A stretch of DNA of 64,000 nt. It comes from an uncultured delta proteobacterium. GTDB taxonomy: Bacteria; Desulfobacterota; WTBG01; CAIYCZ01; CAIRTM01. Positions 10,434 to 21,662 of the stretch are shown here, in pieces. Within the stretch, counting starts at the first letter, position 1; every line of letters begins with the position of its first letter. The stretch spans positions 64,001-128,000 of the forward strand of contig CAWDSQ010000005.1 in NCBI GenBank assembly GCA_963804955.1, in the 5' to 3' direction. A model generated the notes under the pieces. The model saw only the letters and a program-made list of their open reading frames with translations, had not been told where the DNA came from and searched no databases. A program made the translations under genes and the position numbers.

Positions 10434-11469
10434 ATGCAGGCTGAGGAGCATATGCGGCATATAAAAAATTTTCTCAAGCATGCCGGTTTTGCCCTGCGCT
10501 CCGGTAACGATGCCTTTGTGCTGCTTGCCCAGGGCGGCTCCGACCGCAGATTTTACCGAACGCTCACCGACCGGGGGAGCTTTGTCGTGATGACGGCGCC
10601 GGCATTCCGCTACGAGCTCAGGGCATTTCTGGATGTGGCTGCTTATTTGCAGGGCTGCGGAACAGCAGTGCCCGACAATTATAGCCCATGATCATGACGG
10701 GCAGCTGGTGCTCATGGAGGACGTCGGCGATGACAGCCTGCATGGCCTGCTGCAGACAACGGGCGGCCGCGGCAGGGTTCTGGAGCTGTACCGGCAGGTG
10801 CTGGCCGCCCTGGCTGAGCTGCAGATGCAGGCAACACCGCGAATGCACACGAGCCACTATCTTAAAAACCGGTCATTCGGCTATGAGGCGCTGCGCTGGG
10901 AAACAGACTATTTCACGGAATGCTTTCTTAAGGGCTGCTGCGGCATTGAGATCGAACAGGAAAGTGAGCTTGACCAGGAACTGAACAGCCTTGCCGATGT
11001 CATAGCCGCTGAGCCGCGGTATTTCATGCACCGGGATTTTCAGTCAAAAAATATTCATTTCAAAGACGGCAGGGTCCGCATCATCGATTTTCAGACCGCC
11101 ACCTGCGGCCTGCTGCAGTATGACCTGGCATCGCTGCTGAAAGACGCGTACGCGCCGCTTGCGCCTGCCGAGCGGCAGGAGCTGCTTGGCTTTTATCTGC
11201 AGGAGCTTGCCGGGAGGTGGGGGCTTGCGCCTGACCCGGCGGCGTTCACGTCCATGTTTCACCGCGCAGGGCTGCAGCGCACCATGCAGGCTCTGGGGGC
11301 TTTTGCCTTTCTGAGCATGCGCAAGGGTAAACCGGAATTTGCCCGGTATATCCCCGCCGGGCTCGCCGCGCTGCAGGAAGCGCTTGCGCTGTTTCCCGAA
11401 TATCCGGTGCTGGCCGGGCTGACGGCACAGGCTGCAGCCGGATTGCAGAATACACCCGATACGCGATAA
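10434..11469 (+). CDS. amgK: AmgK-like anomeric MurNAc/GlcNAc kinase (APH family), frameshift near 10670
   Basis: GGSDRRFYR, LMEDVGDDSL, MHRDFQSKNI, IIDFQ, YDLASLLKD, GLQRTMQALGAF. Confidence 0.8.
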
Positions 11470-11508
11470 GTATGTATTCCGATGCAGACAGGGTGCCCGC
11501 GCATGACT

Positions 11509-12312
11509 TTAATTATCCTGTCTGAGTTCCTCAAGCCAGGTCGTGTAGTCTTCGGTAAACACTTCGCCGCTTGCCGGATTTTCATCGTCCAGAATTTTTA
11601 ATAAGCTCATCCGGATATCTTCCGGCTGCCTGAACAGGGCTTTGTCCTCCGGCGGGAGGTTTTCATGGTAGGACACTGCCACCAGCCCGGGGCTTAGAGC
11701 GTTGATCCTCACGGGTGAGCCGCAGCAGACAAGCTCAAAGGCAAGCACTTCAGTGAACCGCGTCAGGGCTGCCTTGGCCGAGCCATAGGCGATCATGCCC
11801 GGCACGACGCCGTATTTCATCATGCCCGACTTTGAGCTGATATTGATGATGTGGCCCGAACCCTGGCGCTTCATCACCGGCAGGACGCACCTGATGCAGT
11901 TCAGCGGGCCGTAGAAATTGATGGAGAAGATCGTGGCGAAGTCCTCCGCGGAAATGGTATCGAAGGTGTACTGCGCCATGGTGTCGAAAAACTCCTCCTG
12001 CGTGTGCGGGGCTATGGACCGCACGCCGACAAGGGGCCCGCCGGCATTGTTGATGAGCACGTCGATGCGGCCAAGCTCCGCCAGGGTCCTGTCGGTCAGG
12101 GCGCGCACCGCCTCGGGATCGCTGATATCGGCAGGGATGGCAAGGGCTGTGCCGCCGCGGCGCCGAATCTCTTCGGCGGCCTCAGCAATAGCGCCGGCTG
12201 ATCGTGCCGCGCACGCCACCCCGTAGCCTTCATCTGCAAGAATGTTTGAAATGGCCCTGCCGATGCCCATGCTGGCGCCGGTGACTATTGCTACTTTGCC
12301 GTTAGAGCGCAC
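11509..12312 (-). CDS. Classical short-chain dehydrogenase/reductase
   Basis: TGASMGIG, NNAG, NISS, YGSAK. Confidence 0.9.
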   Translation of the reverse strand: MRSNGKVAIVTGASMGIGRAISNILADEGYGVACAARSAGAIAEAAEEIRRRGGTALAIPADISDPEAVRALTDRTLAELGRIDVLINNAGGPLVGVRSIAPHTQEEFFDTMAQYTFDTISAEDFATIFSINFYGPLNCIRCVLPVMKRQGSGHIINISSKSGMMKYGVVPGMIAYGSAKAALTRFTEVLAFELVCCGSPVRINALSPGLVAVSYHENLPPEDKALFRQPEDIRMSLLKILDDENPASGEVFTEDYTTWLEELRQDN

Positions 12313-12346
12313 GGTCTTGTTCCTCCTTGTGATAATTTATCGGGTT

Positions 12347-13060
12347 TTATGCTGAGGCAAATATCTGCTTCAGGTTGTCTACATAATCGATGACCGGCTG
12401 TATATACGGCGCAGCCTCAACAAGCTTTTCATAGGGAAAGGTAACGGTCAGCTCGCTGTCGTCGAGACCCACAAAGGTGCGCCACGGAAAATCGCTGGTG
12501 GAAAAGGTCATCTGGCGGGAAACAAAGGCATGCCTGATATTAAAAAGACAGCCGCCGTTGCCGCCAAAGCCCCTGACCAGGGTTCCCTGGTAGGCCTGCG
12601 ACCTGACAAGAATATCGGCCTGCTTGGGGTTGCAGAACATGATGACGAGGTTCGGGTCTGCAACCTTGCTGAGGGGCCCTGAAACCAGGCATGAATACTC
12701 CACCGGCGGCAGCGGGATCTCCCGGACGCAGGTTTCGTAAAAATCCATGGCTGTGTCCATATCCTTGTGATAGGGGCACATGTCGATAAACCCCTGGACC
12801 GCATTGCGGTATTCTTCCCGGTCAATGTCGCAGACGCCGGTGGCAATGAGGCCCTCGAAGCAGGCATGGTTTTCTTTTGTGCTGTAAAAGACCGAGCCGT
12901 TTTCCAGAATTTCATTCATCTGAACGCACAGCCCCGGCATGGCGAGTCCCTCATAGCGGGGCACATCCGGGGGAATATCCCTGAGTGGAGCGAGAGCGAT
13001 GGGCTCCTTTTTCAGGCCAAGATTCTCCATGAGCATTTTTTCAATCTCCTGTTTCGTCAT
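12347..13060 (-). CDS. DUF169-family protein
   Basis: LGLKKEPIAL, LCVQM, HACFEG, PNLVIMFCNPKQ, GGC, GLDDSELTVTFP; GGAGG RBS. Confidence 0.75.
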   Translation of the reverse strand: MTKQEIEKMLMENLGLKKEPIALAPLRDIPPDVPRYEGLAMPGLCVQMNEILENGSVFYSTKENHACFEGLIATGVCDIDREEYRNAVQGFIDMCPYHKDMDTAMDFYETCVREIPLPPVEYSCLVSGPLSKVADPNLVIMFCNPKQADILVRSQAYQGTLVRGFGGNGGCLFNIRHAFVSRQMTFSTSDFPWRTFVGLDDSELTVTFPYEKLVEAAPYIQPVIDYVDNLKQIFASA

Positions 13061-15275
13061 GCAATCCTCCCTTTTCTTGATGTATTTTTTTCTCGAGCGA
13101 AGCACGCATCGGTAAATCCTTATCTGTCAGGCGGCGCCCCATGAATTCCTGCAGGTTAAGAGCGCTCTGTTTGGTCGAGGCGGGTGTTTTGCCGATTGTT
13201 TTTTTTATTGACGGCTGCAGCGGCACAGGCTCATCCTGTAAAGCTGGCTCAAAGTTCTCGGTAAGGTTAAAAGCGCGCAGCCTGACCGAGGTGGCCATGT
13301 CGCTGACTCTGTCGTCCTTTGACGGCTGCAGCGGGAAAAGCTCATCCGGCAGGGCGCCGGCAGGAGGCTTTTCAAGGCCAAGAGCCTGCAGTTTGGCCGG
13401 GGTGGCCATGCCGGTACTGATATCCCACTGCCGGGCATGGTAATATTCGTTGAGCATGGCTTCAAATTTATCGCGCTCGAGCACGGCGCCCTTGCGCGTG
13501 ATGAGTTCACCTCCCGGGCCGGGAAGCAGGAATTCGGGATTGAACATGCCGAAACGAACCATGGTGTCGATTTCAAGCGGTTCAGTGAAGTTGAATTCCG
13601 GCAGCCTGTCGCCCACCCGTCCGCACTTTCCTTCGCGGGCCTGTATGAGGCGCTGCAGGTTGAAAATGCGCTCGCCAACCCGATAGTACTTCTGCTCGGT
13701 CATGTCGATACCGGTGACGGCTGCAAGCAGGCGGCTATCGATGGAGGGATCGCCGATATAGTCGTTGGAGCTCTCGGCGATAAGCATGGGGTAAAAGAAA
13801 TCGCAGCCCACCAGGGTTTCCTTGGCATACTGCCGGTTCTGGATATGAGCGGCAACAAAGCCTTTGCCCTCATATTTTGAAAAATCGGCGGCCTCTTCAT
13901 CCAGCCAGAACCGTTTGGCAAGAAGGCGAAATGCCCCGGTTGAGAGGGCCGACATGCCGCCGTCGGTAGCGAACCAGAGCACCCATTCGAATGCCGGGAA
14001 CCCAATTTCATGCAGCTGGTTCATGGGGTTGGTGTCGGTGGCGTGGAAGAGAGCATTGATAATAAAGTAGCGCGAGCTGTACACGTCGGCGGAGAACCCT
14101 GCTCCCTCGACAACGCCTTCAAGGAGCTGCTCAGCCGCCGGCCCCAGGCCGTTGGCTGCCCGCATGGCGCCCTGGGCGAGCAGGTCGAAAATGCCCTTCC
14201 GCTCCAGCAGCAAACGCGCAAAATCCTTGAAAAAGCCGGGGCTTCCCAACTCGCCCAGGCGCAGCCCCGACGACCGCTCTGTTATGATGCCCTCTACGGC
14301 GCAGCTATGGATCCAGGGCAGCATTTTGGTCAGCTCCTGTGTGCACAGGCCAAGGCGGTTGCACAGCGAGGTTGCAAGAAATGAGCTGCCGCTCGCCTCG
14401 TCATGGTGATAGCGTTTGTCCCAATCGTAGTAGAAATAGCTGGACCCGCAATTTTTCCTGTAGTCCTGCAGGCCGGACCCATGCTTGAACAGGCCGCGGG
14501 AGCAGCCGCCGGGGCAGCCGTGGCAGGGGGCTCGGCGTACGAGCTCAATGTCGGGCAGCACGGGATCCATAAGATTGCGGCCCTTGATCATGGCGCGGAT
14601 ATGCCGGTTGAGGCCGGCAAGCTCATCGGGGCGGGCCACAGCAATTTTTTCGCTTCCTTCAATTACCAGCGCCTTGAGCATCTTTACGCCCCAGACCGCG
14701 CCGAAGCCATGGCCTGCAAATGAGCCGTTGTCGCCCGCCACGAGCGACATCCTGATCAGCTTTTCGGCAGCAGGACCGATGCACATCGTGGCCGCGCCTT
14801 TTGGATAGCCTGCCGACAGTTTGTTTTGAGTTTCGGGAATGTCGAGCCCCCAGAGGTCGCCGGCATCGCGCAGCTCCAGGCTGCCGCTGTGTATGTGCAC
14901 CAGTACCGGGCTTTGAGCTTTGCCCCTGATAACAATGCCGTCAAAGCCCGCTGCCTTCAGCTTGGCTGCGGCAATGCCTCCCATGCTTGCAATGCCGAAC
15001 TGGTCGGGATAGAGCAGGGGGGATGTGCCGAGCATGACTATGCGTGAGCATGCCGGAGCTGTTGTGCCGGCAAGAGGGCCTGTCATAATGATGATGGGGT
15101 TTTCAGGTGCGAAAGCGTCGGGATGCGGCCCGACCATATCCCAGTAGAGCTTTGCTGCAATGCCCCTGCCTCCGATAAAGGTTTCGGCATAGTCATGGGT
15201 TGAGAGCGTTTCGACCATGCCTTGCGACAGGTCTATATGGCCTATTTTTCCTGTCCAGCCATAACCGTTATTCAT
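13041..15275 (-). CDS. Aldehyde:ferredoxin oxidoreductase (tungsten AOR family) with a C-terminal extension
   Basis: GWTGKIGHIDLS, FIGGRGIA, GPLAGT, LKAAGFDGIVIRG, CIGPAAE, GFGAVWGVKMLKA, CHGCPGGC, EYYHARQWD..G. Confidence 0.9.
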   Translation of the reverse strand: MNNGYGWTGKIGHIDLSQGMVETLSTHDYAETFIGGRGIAAKLYWDMVGPHPDAFAPENPIIIMTGPLAGTTAPACSRIVMLGTSPLLYPDQFGIASMGGIAAAKLKAAGFDGIVIRGKAQSPVLVHIHSGSLELRDAGDLWGLDIPETQNKLSAGYPKGAATMCIGPAAEKLIRMSLVAGDNGSFAGHGFGAVWGVKMLKALVIEGSEKIAVARPDELAGLNRHIRAMIKGRNLMDPVLPDIELVRRAPCHGCPGGCSRGLFKHGSGLQDYRKNCGSSYFYYDWDKRYHHDEASGSSFLATSLCNRLGLCTQELTKMLPWIHSCAVEGIITERSSGLRLGELGSPGFFKDFARLLLERKGIFDLLAQGAMRAANGLGPAAEQLLEGVVEGAGFSADVYSSRYFIINALFHATDTNPMNQLHEIGFPAFEWVLWFATDGGMSALSTGAFRLLAKRFWLDEEAADFSKYEGKGFVAAHIQNRQYAKETLVGCDFFYPMLIAESSNDYIGDPSIDSRLLAAVTGIDMTEQKYYRVGERIFNLQRLIQAREGKCGRVGDRLPEFNFTEPLEIDTMVRFGMFNPEFLLPGPGGELITRKGAVLERDKFEAMLNEYYHARQWDISTGMATPAKLQALGLEKPPAGALPDELFPLQPSKDDRVSDMATSVRLRAFNLTENFEPALQDEPVPLQPSIKKTIGKTPASTKQSALNLQEFMGRRLTDKDLPMRASLEKKIHQEKGGLHDETGD

Positions 15276-15676
15276 GCCAGTACTCCTGTGCTGAGTGCAT
15301 TACGCGATGTCCATTGAATCGGGACAAAGGTTGTATGGATGAATAAAACGATACTCCTTTTAGCGTATTTAAATTGGCTTAGCAAGAAATAATTTTCTAT
15401 ATGAAATGATATCTTAAATTAATTATTAAACAATAATTAATATGTTCATTTTTTAATATATTCCTTTTTTGAAATTTTAGGAGCAGCTAGTGATGTGTTT
15501 TTCGAACAGGACAAGCCTGACTATACTCAAAGGGCTTTGAAAGATTGACAGAGGGTTAAAAGATGGTACATATGTGGGGAGGCGCTCCGCGTACCGGCTG
15601 AAAAGATCGAGCCGGTGTGACGGGGTTTTGTTGCCGGGCAGACGATGTTATAACACTATTCGGAGGATGAATCGCC

Positions 15677-16114
15677 ATGGGAACACCACTACCGGAACAG
15701 GAAATACGAAAGCTTATGGATGATGAGCTGTGGGGCACGCTGATGGCCATCGACGACGGGCAGCCCTACGCGGTTGAAACGTCTTTTGCCGCCGACGAAA
15801 CGCACCTGTACACCGGTTCAAAGCGCGGGGGCCGCATGCACCGCTGCCTTGAGCGTAATACCGCCGCATCATTTAAAATGTGTGACGGCGATCACCGCGG
15901 TCACAACTACCGCGCTGCCATTGTGGAATCCGCGGCCGAGATACTTACCCGTCGCGAGGATATTGTCTACAGTCTGAAAATTATTTTTACCAAGCTCGGG
16001 ATTTCCACCGCCACTGTCGAGGCCAAAGCCGATACCTATGCTGCCGGCAAGGGTTCTCTGGCCCTGTATCGCCTGCCGCTGCGCAAGCTGGGAGGCATTC
16101 GTTCCGGCCGGTAA
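15677..16114 (+). CDS. Pyridoxamine 5'-phosphate oxidase-like (NimA-type) split-barrel protein
   Basis: WGTL, GQPYAVETSF, GGRMHRC, SFKMCD; GGAGG RBS. Confidence 0.8.
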   Translation: MGTPLPEQEIRKLMDDELWGTLMAIDDGQPYAVETSFAADETHLYTGSKRGGRMHRCLERNTAASFKMCDGDHRGHNYRAAIVESAAEILTRREDIVYSLKIIFTKLGISTATVEAKADTYAAGKGSLALYRLPLRKLGGIRSGR

Positions 16115-16152
16115 CAGGCAGCGGCAGAAAACCAACACAGAAAGCGCAGCCC

Positions 16153-16578
16153 ATGAGCTTTCCTCTGAGTATCCTGTTTAAAAAGCAGACCCTGTTCTTC
16201 ATTATCATTGCTGCGGCATTTCTTGCTTTCCGGTCTTTTTTCGCCTATGTGACCGTTGACAAGGAGGGGGCTGCCCTGCTGAAAAAATGGATATCTGCGG
16301 AATTTACGCTGTATCATGTAAACCGCACTGATGTGTCGCTTGAAAAAAAAGCTGAGCTGCTGCGCCAGGCCGGGCAGGTGGAGTTTCTATCAATACAAGC
16401 CCGTGGCCATGCTTCCAATATGGTCGTGCGGGTTCAGATCAAGCCCGGCCCGGCAGTCCCCCCGAACACCCCTGAGTTCAGCTATTTCCGGATGCGCTAT
16501 TCCGTTGCGCTTGGCTGGCGCCAGGTTCCGCAGCCCGGCTCTGCGCTGACCTTTTTTCTGGCCCTTTTTCTGCTGTGA
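16153..16578 (+). CDS. Hypothetical membrane-anchored protein
   Basis: N- and C-terminal hydrophobic stretches; follows the split-barrel gene on the same strand. Confidence 0.55.
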   Translation: MSFPLSILFKKQTLFFIIIAAAFLAFRSFFAYVTVDKEGAALLKKWISAEFTLYHVNRTDVSLEKKAELLRQAGQVEFLSIQARGHASNMVVRVQIKPGPAVPPNTPEFSYFRMRYSVALGWRQVPQPGSALTFFLALFLL

Positions 16579-16890
16579 TTGCACCCTGCTTGTGCAGAGC
16601 GGCTACGGTTAGAATGACATACGCGCCGCACAAAGTTCAGGTTTTGAGAAGCATATTTTAAGCCGGGGAGAGGGTTCTCACAAGATTGCCCGGTGGCCGC
16701 TGCGAGGGTGGCTGCGCCTGCACACAGGCTGGAATGGTCTGAAAACGCACAGCCGCCAATGGTTTTCCGTCTGATGCGGCTCTCTGAACAGCAGGGTTTT
16801 TATTGCCTTATTATGTACAAGCAATTAAAGTACCGTCCGGTATGGCGCGCATCTCTCAATAAACAAAACTTTTTCAAGGCGGCACAACCC

Positions 16891-19800
16891 ATGACAGCCT
16901 TTACAATCATGAACGATACATTTGATGAGGTCTATGGCAGCCTGCCCGTGCCGGTTTTTCTGTTTGACGGGCAGGCGCGGATGGTCAAGGCAAACAGGGC
17001 TTTTCTTGACCTTGCAAAGGTGGGGCCCGAAAGGCTGCCGCAGCTTTCTATAGCAGACTTTTTTAATGTGGTTAAAACATTCCGTTTTCCGGTGCCTGAC
17101 CGCTATATTACCGAACTGAAAATAATGGACGGAAGCGCTGTTCCTGTTGAGCTCAATTATACAAAGTTTCAGGGCGGGGATGACGAAGCACAGGGATGCC
17201 TTGTTTTTTTAAACGATCTGCAGAGAGGTTCACGCCCTCAAGCAGAGTCTGCGCCAGGCAGCCATAGAAAAAGAATCCCTTGAGCTGCAGCTTGCAGGCG
17301 AAACGCCGGACAGCAGTTTACATGAACGGATACGGCTTCAGGAGCAGGTCAAGGAGGAAAAGGCTTTTCTGGAAAACATCATTGAGTCATGCGGGGACGG
17401 GATAATCATTATAGACGGAAAAGGAGTTATTACCCGGACCAATGAATCGTTTGCGCGAATTGTCGGAAGAAACAAAGGGGAAATATCCGGCAATCTGTAT
17501 GACCTTGGGCCAATAACCGGAACCTTTCTGTGCACTACCGGAGAAACCGTCATCCTTGATGATGCCTACCGGGAATACACCTACCGTCAGGTTGAAAAAT
17601 TTATTTCCCTTGAAGACGGCGGTAAGATTGAAAACTGGGAGTACTATGCCTTTAACAGCCGGGGTGAAATCGTCCCGCTTGATGTTACCGCAACAATGCA
17701 GAAAAATTCCGAGGGCCTTATAACCAACTCGGTAAGCGTGCTGCGGGACAGTACCGAAAGAAAAAAGACGGAAAAAGCTCTTGAGGAAGCATACCGGTTC
17801 CGCAATCAGTTTTTTACCAACATCACCCATGAGTTCCGCACGCCGCTCACGCTGACCATCGGCCCGCTGGAAGAGATCCTGCGCGGCTCCTGCGGCACGG
17901 TCAGCGCAGCAGTTGAAAGCAGGCTTGAGCTTACGCTGCGCAACTCCCGGCGGCTGCTGAAGCTGATCAACCAGCTGCTGGATCTCAGCATGCTGGAGTC
18001 CGGGGCAAAAAGCCCGGTATATGAAAAAAAAGATATCAATGCCTTTACCTCCTCGATTCTGGAGTCCTTTTTGCTGATTGCGAACAAAAAGAATATTACC
18101 CTTGCATTCAATCCATGCCCGGATCTCACCGTTGCGGCAATCGACCCGGGGAAACTGGAAAAAGTGCTGTTCAACCTGATCGGCAATGCCTTTAAATTCA
18201 CCCCCGATGGCGGCAGCATCACTCTTCAAACACGATTGGCATCAGACCCGGAAAAACATGATGCGGCAGGCCCATCCGCAATTACCGGCAAATTCATAGA
18301 GCTGTCCGTTGCCGATACCGGCATCGGCATACAGAAAGAACATATCGGCAAAATATTTGAACGCTTCAACCGGGGAGGTCTCGGCCCGGAGCAGGAGTCG
18401 GGAGGGGCCGGCATCGGCCTTGCCTATGCAAAGGAACTGGCCGAGGTAATGGGGGGCAGGCTCACGGTTGCAAGCACGTACGGCAGGGGCGCAACATTTT
18501 CGCTTTATCTGCCCGCAGACACGCTGCAGCCGGCTGGAGCCGAAGCTGCGGCGGGTGCGGTGCACAAAGCTTCATCCCTGCAGACCGATGTTGAACTGTC
18601 TGATATTGCCGGGCAGGCCCATGCTGCCCCCGACAGCCTCAGCGGCCATAAGCCCCTCATTCTCATCGTTGATGACAACCCCGATGTGCTGCAGTATATC
18701 GCAGGGATCATTCAAAAGGACTATGATTTTATTACAGCTCACAACGGAAAAGCAGCACTGGACAGGCTGGAGAAGCATGCTCCCGACATCATCCTGTGTG
18801 ATGTCATGATGCCGGAGATGGATGGGTACGGGCTGCTCAGGATCGTCAAGTCCCGGCCCGCGCTGCAGTCCGTTCCTTTTATCTTTCTGACCGCACGAGC
18901 TGAGATAGAGATGAAGATAGAGGGGCTGCAGGAAGGGGCTGATGACTATATTGTCAAGCCTTTCAACTCCCTTGAGCTTCTTGCCCGGCTGAAATCGCTG
19001 CTGCGGATCAGAGACCTGCTGCGCACAACAGCGGCGCAGGAAAAAAAGATCACCGGCCTCACCCAGAAGCTGCAGGAAAAATATCACTATGGGAATATTA
19101 TCGGCAGCAGCCCCTCCATGCGAAAAATCTATCAGCTCATCGACGCAATTAAAGACAGCGATTCAAGCGTCCTTATCAGCGGCGAGACCGGCACGGGCAA
19201 GGAGCTGGTTGCCAATGCGATCCATTACAACAGCCCGCGACGAAGCGGCCCCATGGTATCGGTCAACTGCGGGGCAATTCCCAAAGAGCTGCTGGCCCGC
19301 GAACTGTTCGGCCATGTCAGGGGCGCCTATACCGGTGCGGTGGAAAGCAGAAAAGGATATTTTAAGGAGGCCGACGGAGGAACGCTGTTTCTTGATGAGA
19401 TCGGAGAAATGGATAAAGACATGCAGGTAAACCTGCTGCGGGTGATAGAGCGGGGCGAGATCATTCGCGTCGGCGATACGGTGCCCGTCAAAGTGAATGT
19501 GCGGCTTATTGCAGCAACGAACAAAAATCTTCTGGAAGAAGTAAAGAAGGGCAGGTTCCGGGAGGACCTGTATTACCGTATTCACGTCATACCCATACAC
19601 CTTCCGCCGCTGCGGCAGCGCAAAGAGGATATACCGATTCTGATCGGGCACTTTTTGAAAAAATGCCGGTCAAAATTTAAAAAGGACACGGCTGACTTGA
19701 CTGAACAGGAAATGAACCTGTTCATGACTTATCCCTACCCCGGCAATGTCCGCGAACTTGAGCATATGGTCGAAAGATTTTGTCTGCTGGGGGGGCATGC

Positions 19801-20059
19801 AGATAACCTTTTTGGCAGCAGGCCGGAGGCCTCGCCCGGCGCACAGGAAGATTTTGCCCTCGCCGGTTTTCTTGACGGACCCAACCCCTTGAGGGCAGCA
19901 GGCCAGAGCGCAAAAGAGCGGGCGGAAAAAGAGATTATTTTGTCTGTCTTGAAAGACTGCGGCAATAATTTTACAAGAGCAGCAAAAAAGCTTCATATCA
20001 GCCGCGTCTATCTTCATGAAAAAGTAAAAAAATACGGCAGAGACGCTTCAGAAGTGTAA
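16891..20059 (+). CDS. Hybrid PAS-PAS-histidine kinase-receiver-sigma54 enhancer-binding protein-Fis HTH, frameshift near 17221
   Basis: PAS (LPVPVFLFD; ESCGDGIIIID read in frame upstream of ORF 17696); H-box THEFRTPL; NLIGNAFKF; DTGIG; GIGL; receiver VDDN, DVMMP, KPF; GETGTGKE; GAYTGA; FLDEIGE; YPGNVREL; HTH. Confidence 0.9.
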
Positions 20060-20092
20060 ACAAATTATATACACTGTTAGTAATTTGTTTAC
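20056..20092. promoter_or_regulatory. Perfect 12-bp inverted repeat, candidate upstream activating sequence
   Basis: GTAAACAAATTA-N13-TAATTTGTTTAC, about 155 bp upstream of a -24/-12 element. Confidence 0.5.
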
Positions 20093-20244
20093 TATAAAAA
20101 GTATAGTTAAATTAAAGGTTATATTTATTCTGCTTAAAAGTTTCGATAATAAAAGACTTTTCTCTTCCAGTCTGCACCATCCGAAAAATTCCCCTGGTAG
20201 TTTTAACTAGCTTTAATTTAATCATAATTTTTAAAAAATGCTCA

Positions 20245-20260
20245 TGGCATGTTTAGTGCA
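20245..20260 (+). promoter_or_regulatory. Sigma54 (-24/-12) promoter
   Basis: TGGCATGTTTAGTGCA: GG and GC at the canonical 12-bp offset, in an AT-rich intergenic region next to a sigma54 activator gene. Confidence 0.7.
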
Positions 20261-20445
20261 ATTCTTTTGTAATATTGAGAAGAAAAAGATACCTGCTAAA
20301 TGCCCTAACGAAAAGCGATTTTTTTGAGGCTTGTTGATATTGAGGTGGAAAAACCAACAAAGGATGTTTCGGATTCCGTTCAGCCGGTACTTGGAAAGAA
20401 GAATAAATTCATAAAAAAACCAGGAGGTGAGTGAGGAGTGGTTTT

Positions 20446-21484
20446 ATGAAAACTACCAAACTTCTGATTTTTTCAGCAGCAGTATTTTGCATAGTCTCTG
20501 TTTAATGCCGGCGCTGCAGGCGCTATCGAATGCAAGCGTCCGCCGCTGCCCGAAGCGCTGGATGCGCTGAAATCAAGCTTTTCAGTGGATGTTTCAACAG
20601 TAACCGTTACCAGCTGGGACAACAGCACTCCCGCCCCTGCTGATGACAATATATATTATGTGTTTAAGCCCAAAAGACGGGTTCCAAAGACAGGTTTCAT
20701 CATACTGCCGGGCGGGAATTGCGATCCCCGGTCCTATGCCCCTGCTGCTCATGCCATCGCGGCAAAGGGATTTCTGACCTGCATTATTCCCATGCCGTCC
20801 TGTATTGCAATATTCGGCTATACGCGGGCAGGCAAAATAATTCAGGACTATGCACAGATTGAAAAATGGGTCATCGGCGGGCACTCAATCGGCGGAACTT
20901 CGGCAGGTATTTATGCCCTGCAGAACACTGCGGTCAGCGGGGTTGTCATCTGGGCATCGCTGCCGGATCCGGGAAACCGGCTGGACGCCACTGCTGTAAA
21001 AGTCCTGTCTGTCCACGGCTCGGAAGACGGCAGGGTTCCGCCGGAAAAAGTTTTGGAATATGCCCAGTATCTGCCCGCTGATACGGTATATGTGGAAATC
21101 GAAGGGGGAAATCATACCCAGTTCGGCTATATTGATCCTTCTCCGGATGCTTACTTGAAAAATCCGGATGATAAGCCGGCCACCATTTCCATCGAGGAGC
21201 AGCAGAGAAAAATTGTGCGGGCCACGGTTGATTTTCTGAAACAATTTGACGCAAACACCTGCCCCGTCATTAACCTGTTCGGCAGCAAAGACCCTCGCAC
21301 CATGACTATCGCCAGATTTCGCGATGAAATACTGATGAAGAGTTCAGCGGGCCGCAGCATAATTGCCTGCTATGAGAAAAACGGGGCAAAAGCAATTGAA
21401 ATTTTTGAGAAACACCCGATCATTAAAAGCTCTGCACGAAAGGTATTGGAGGCACTCCTGCCGGTCATGAAGCTTATATTATGA
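20446..21484 (+). CDS. Secreted alpha/beta-hydrolase (Abhydrolase_5-like esterase) with C-terminal CFI-box-CTERM-like domain; frameshift near 20500
   Basis: Signal peptide MKTTKLLIFSAAVFC; LPGG, GGHSIGG, GSEDG, GGNHTQFG; tail CP..FG..D..FRDEIL..S.AGR.II..Y..HP. Confidence 0.8.
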
Positions 21485-21662
21485 TCTATCGGTGATGAAG
21501 TTGTAAAGGCGTACCGCGTGACGGGTCCAGAAAGGGCGAACGAAACAGCTGGATCCGACTTCGCCGGTATGACGATACAACGGTGTTTTGAGAAATTTTA
21601 AGGGACCTCATTTGTAATTTCCACCTTATAAAGTATTTTTTAAAAACACATGGGAGGGAAAA

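Noticed and set aside
15276..15676. Moco/tungsten riboswitch or sigma54 site upstream of the AOR gene
   Set aside because: AT-rich divergent promoter region, but I could not find a recognisable aptamer or a correctly spaced GG-N10-GC.
21509..21574. Structured RNA between the esterase and the Cys-rich gene
   Set aside because: Looks like a degenerate GTCAT..TCCAG/CTGGAT..ATGAC palindromic repeat; too decayed to call.
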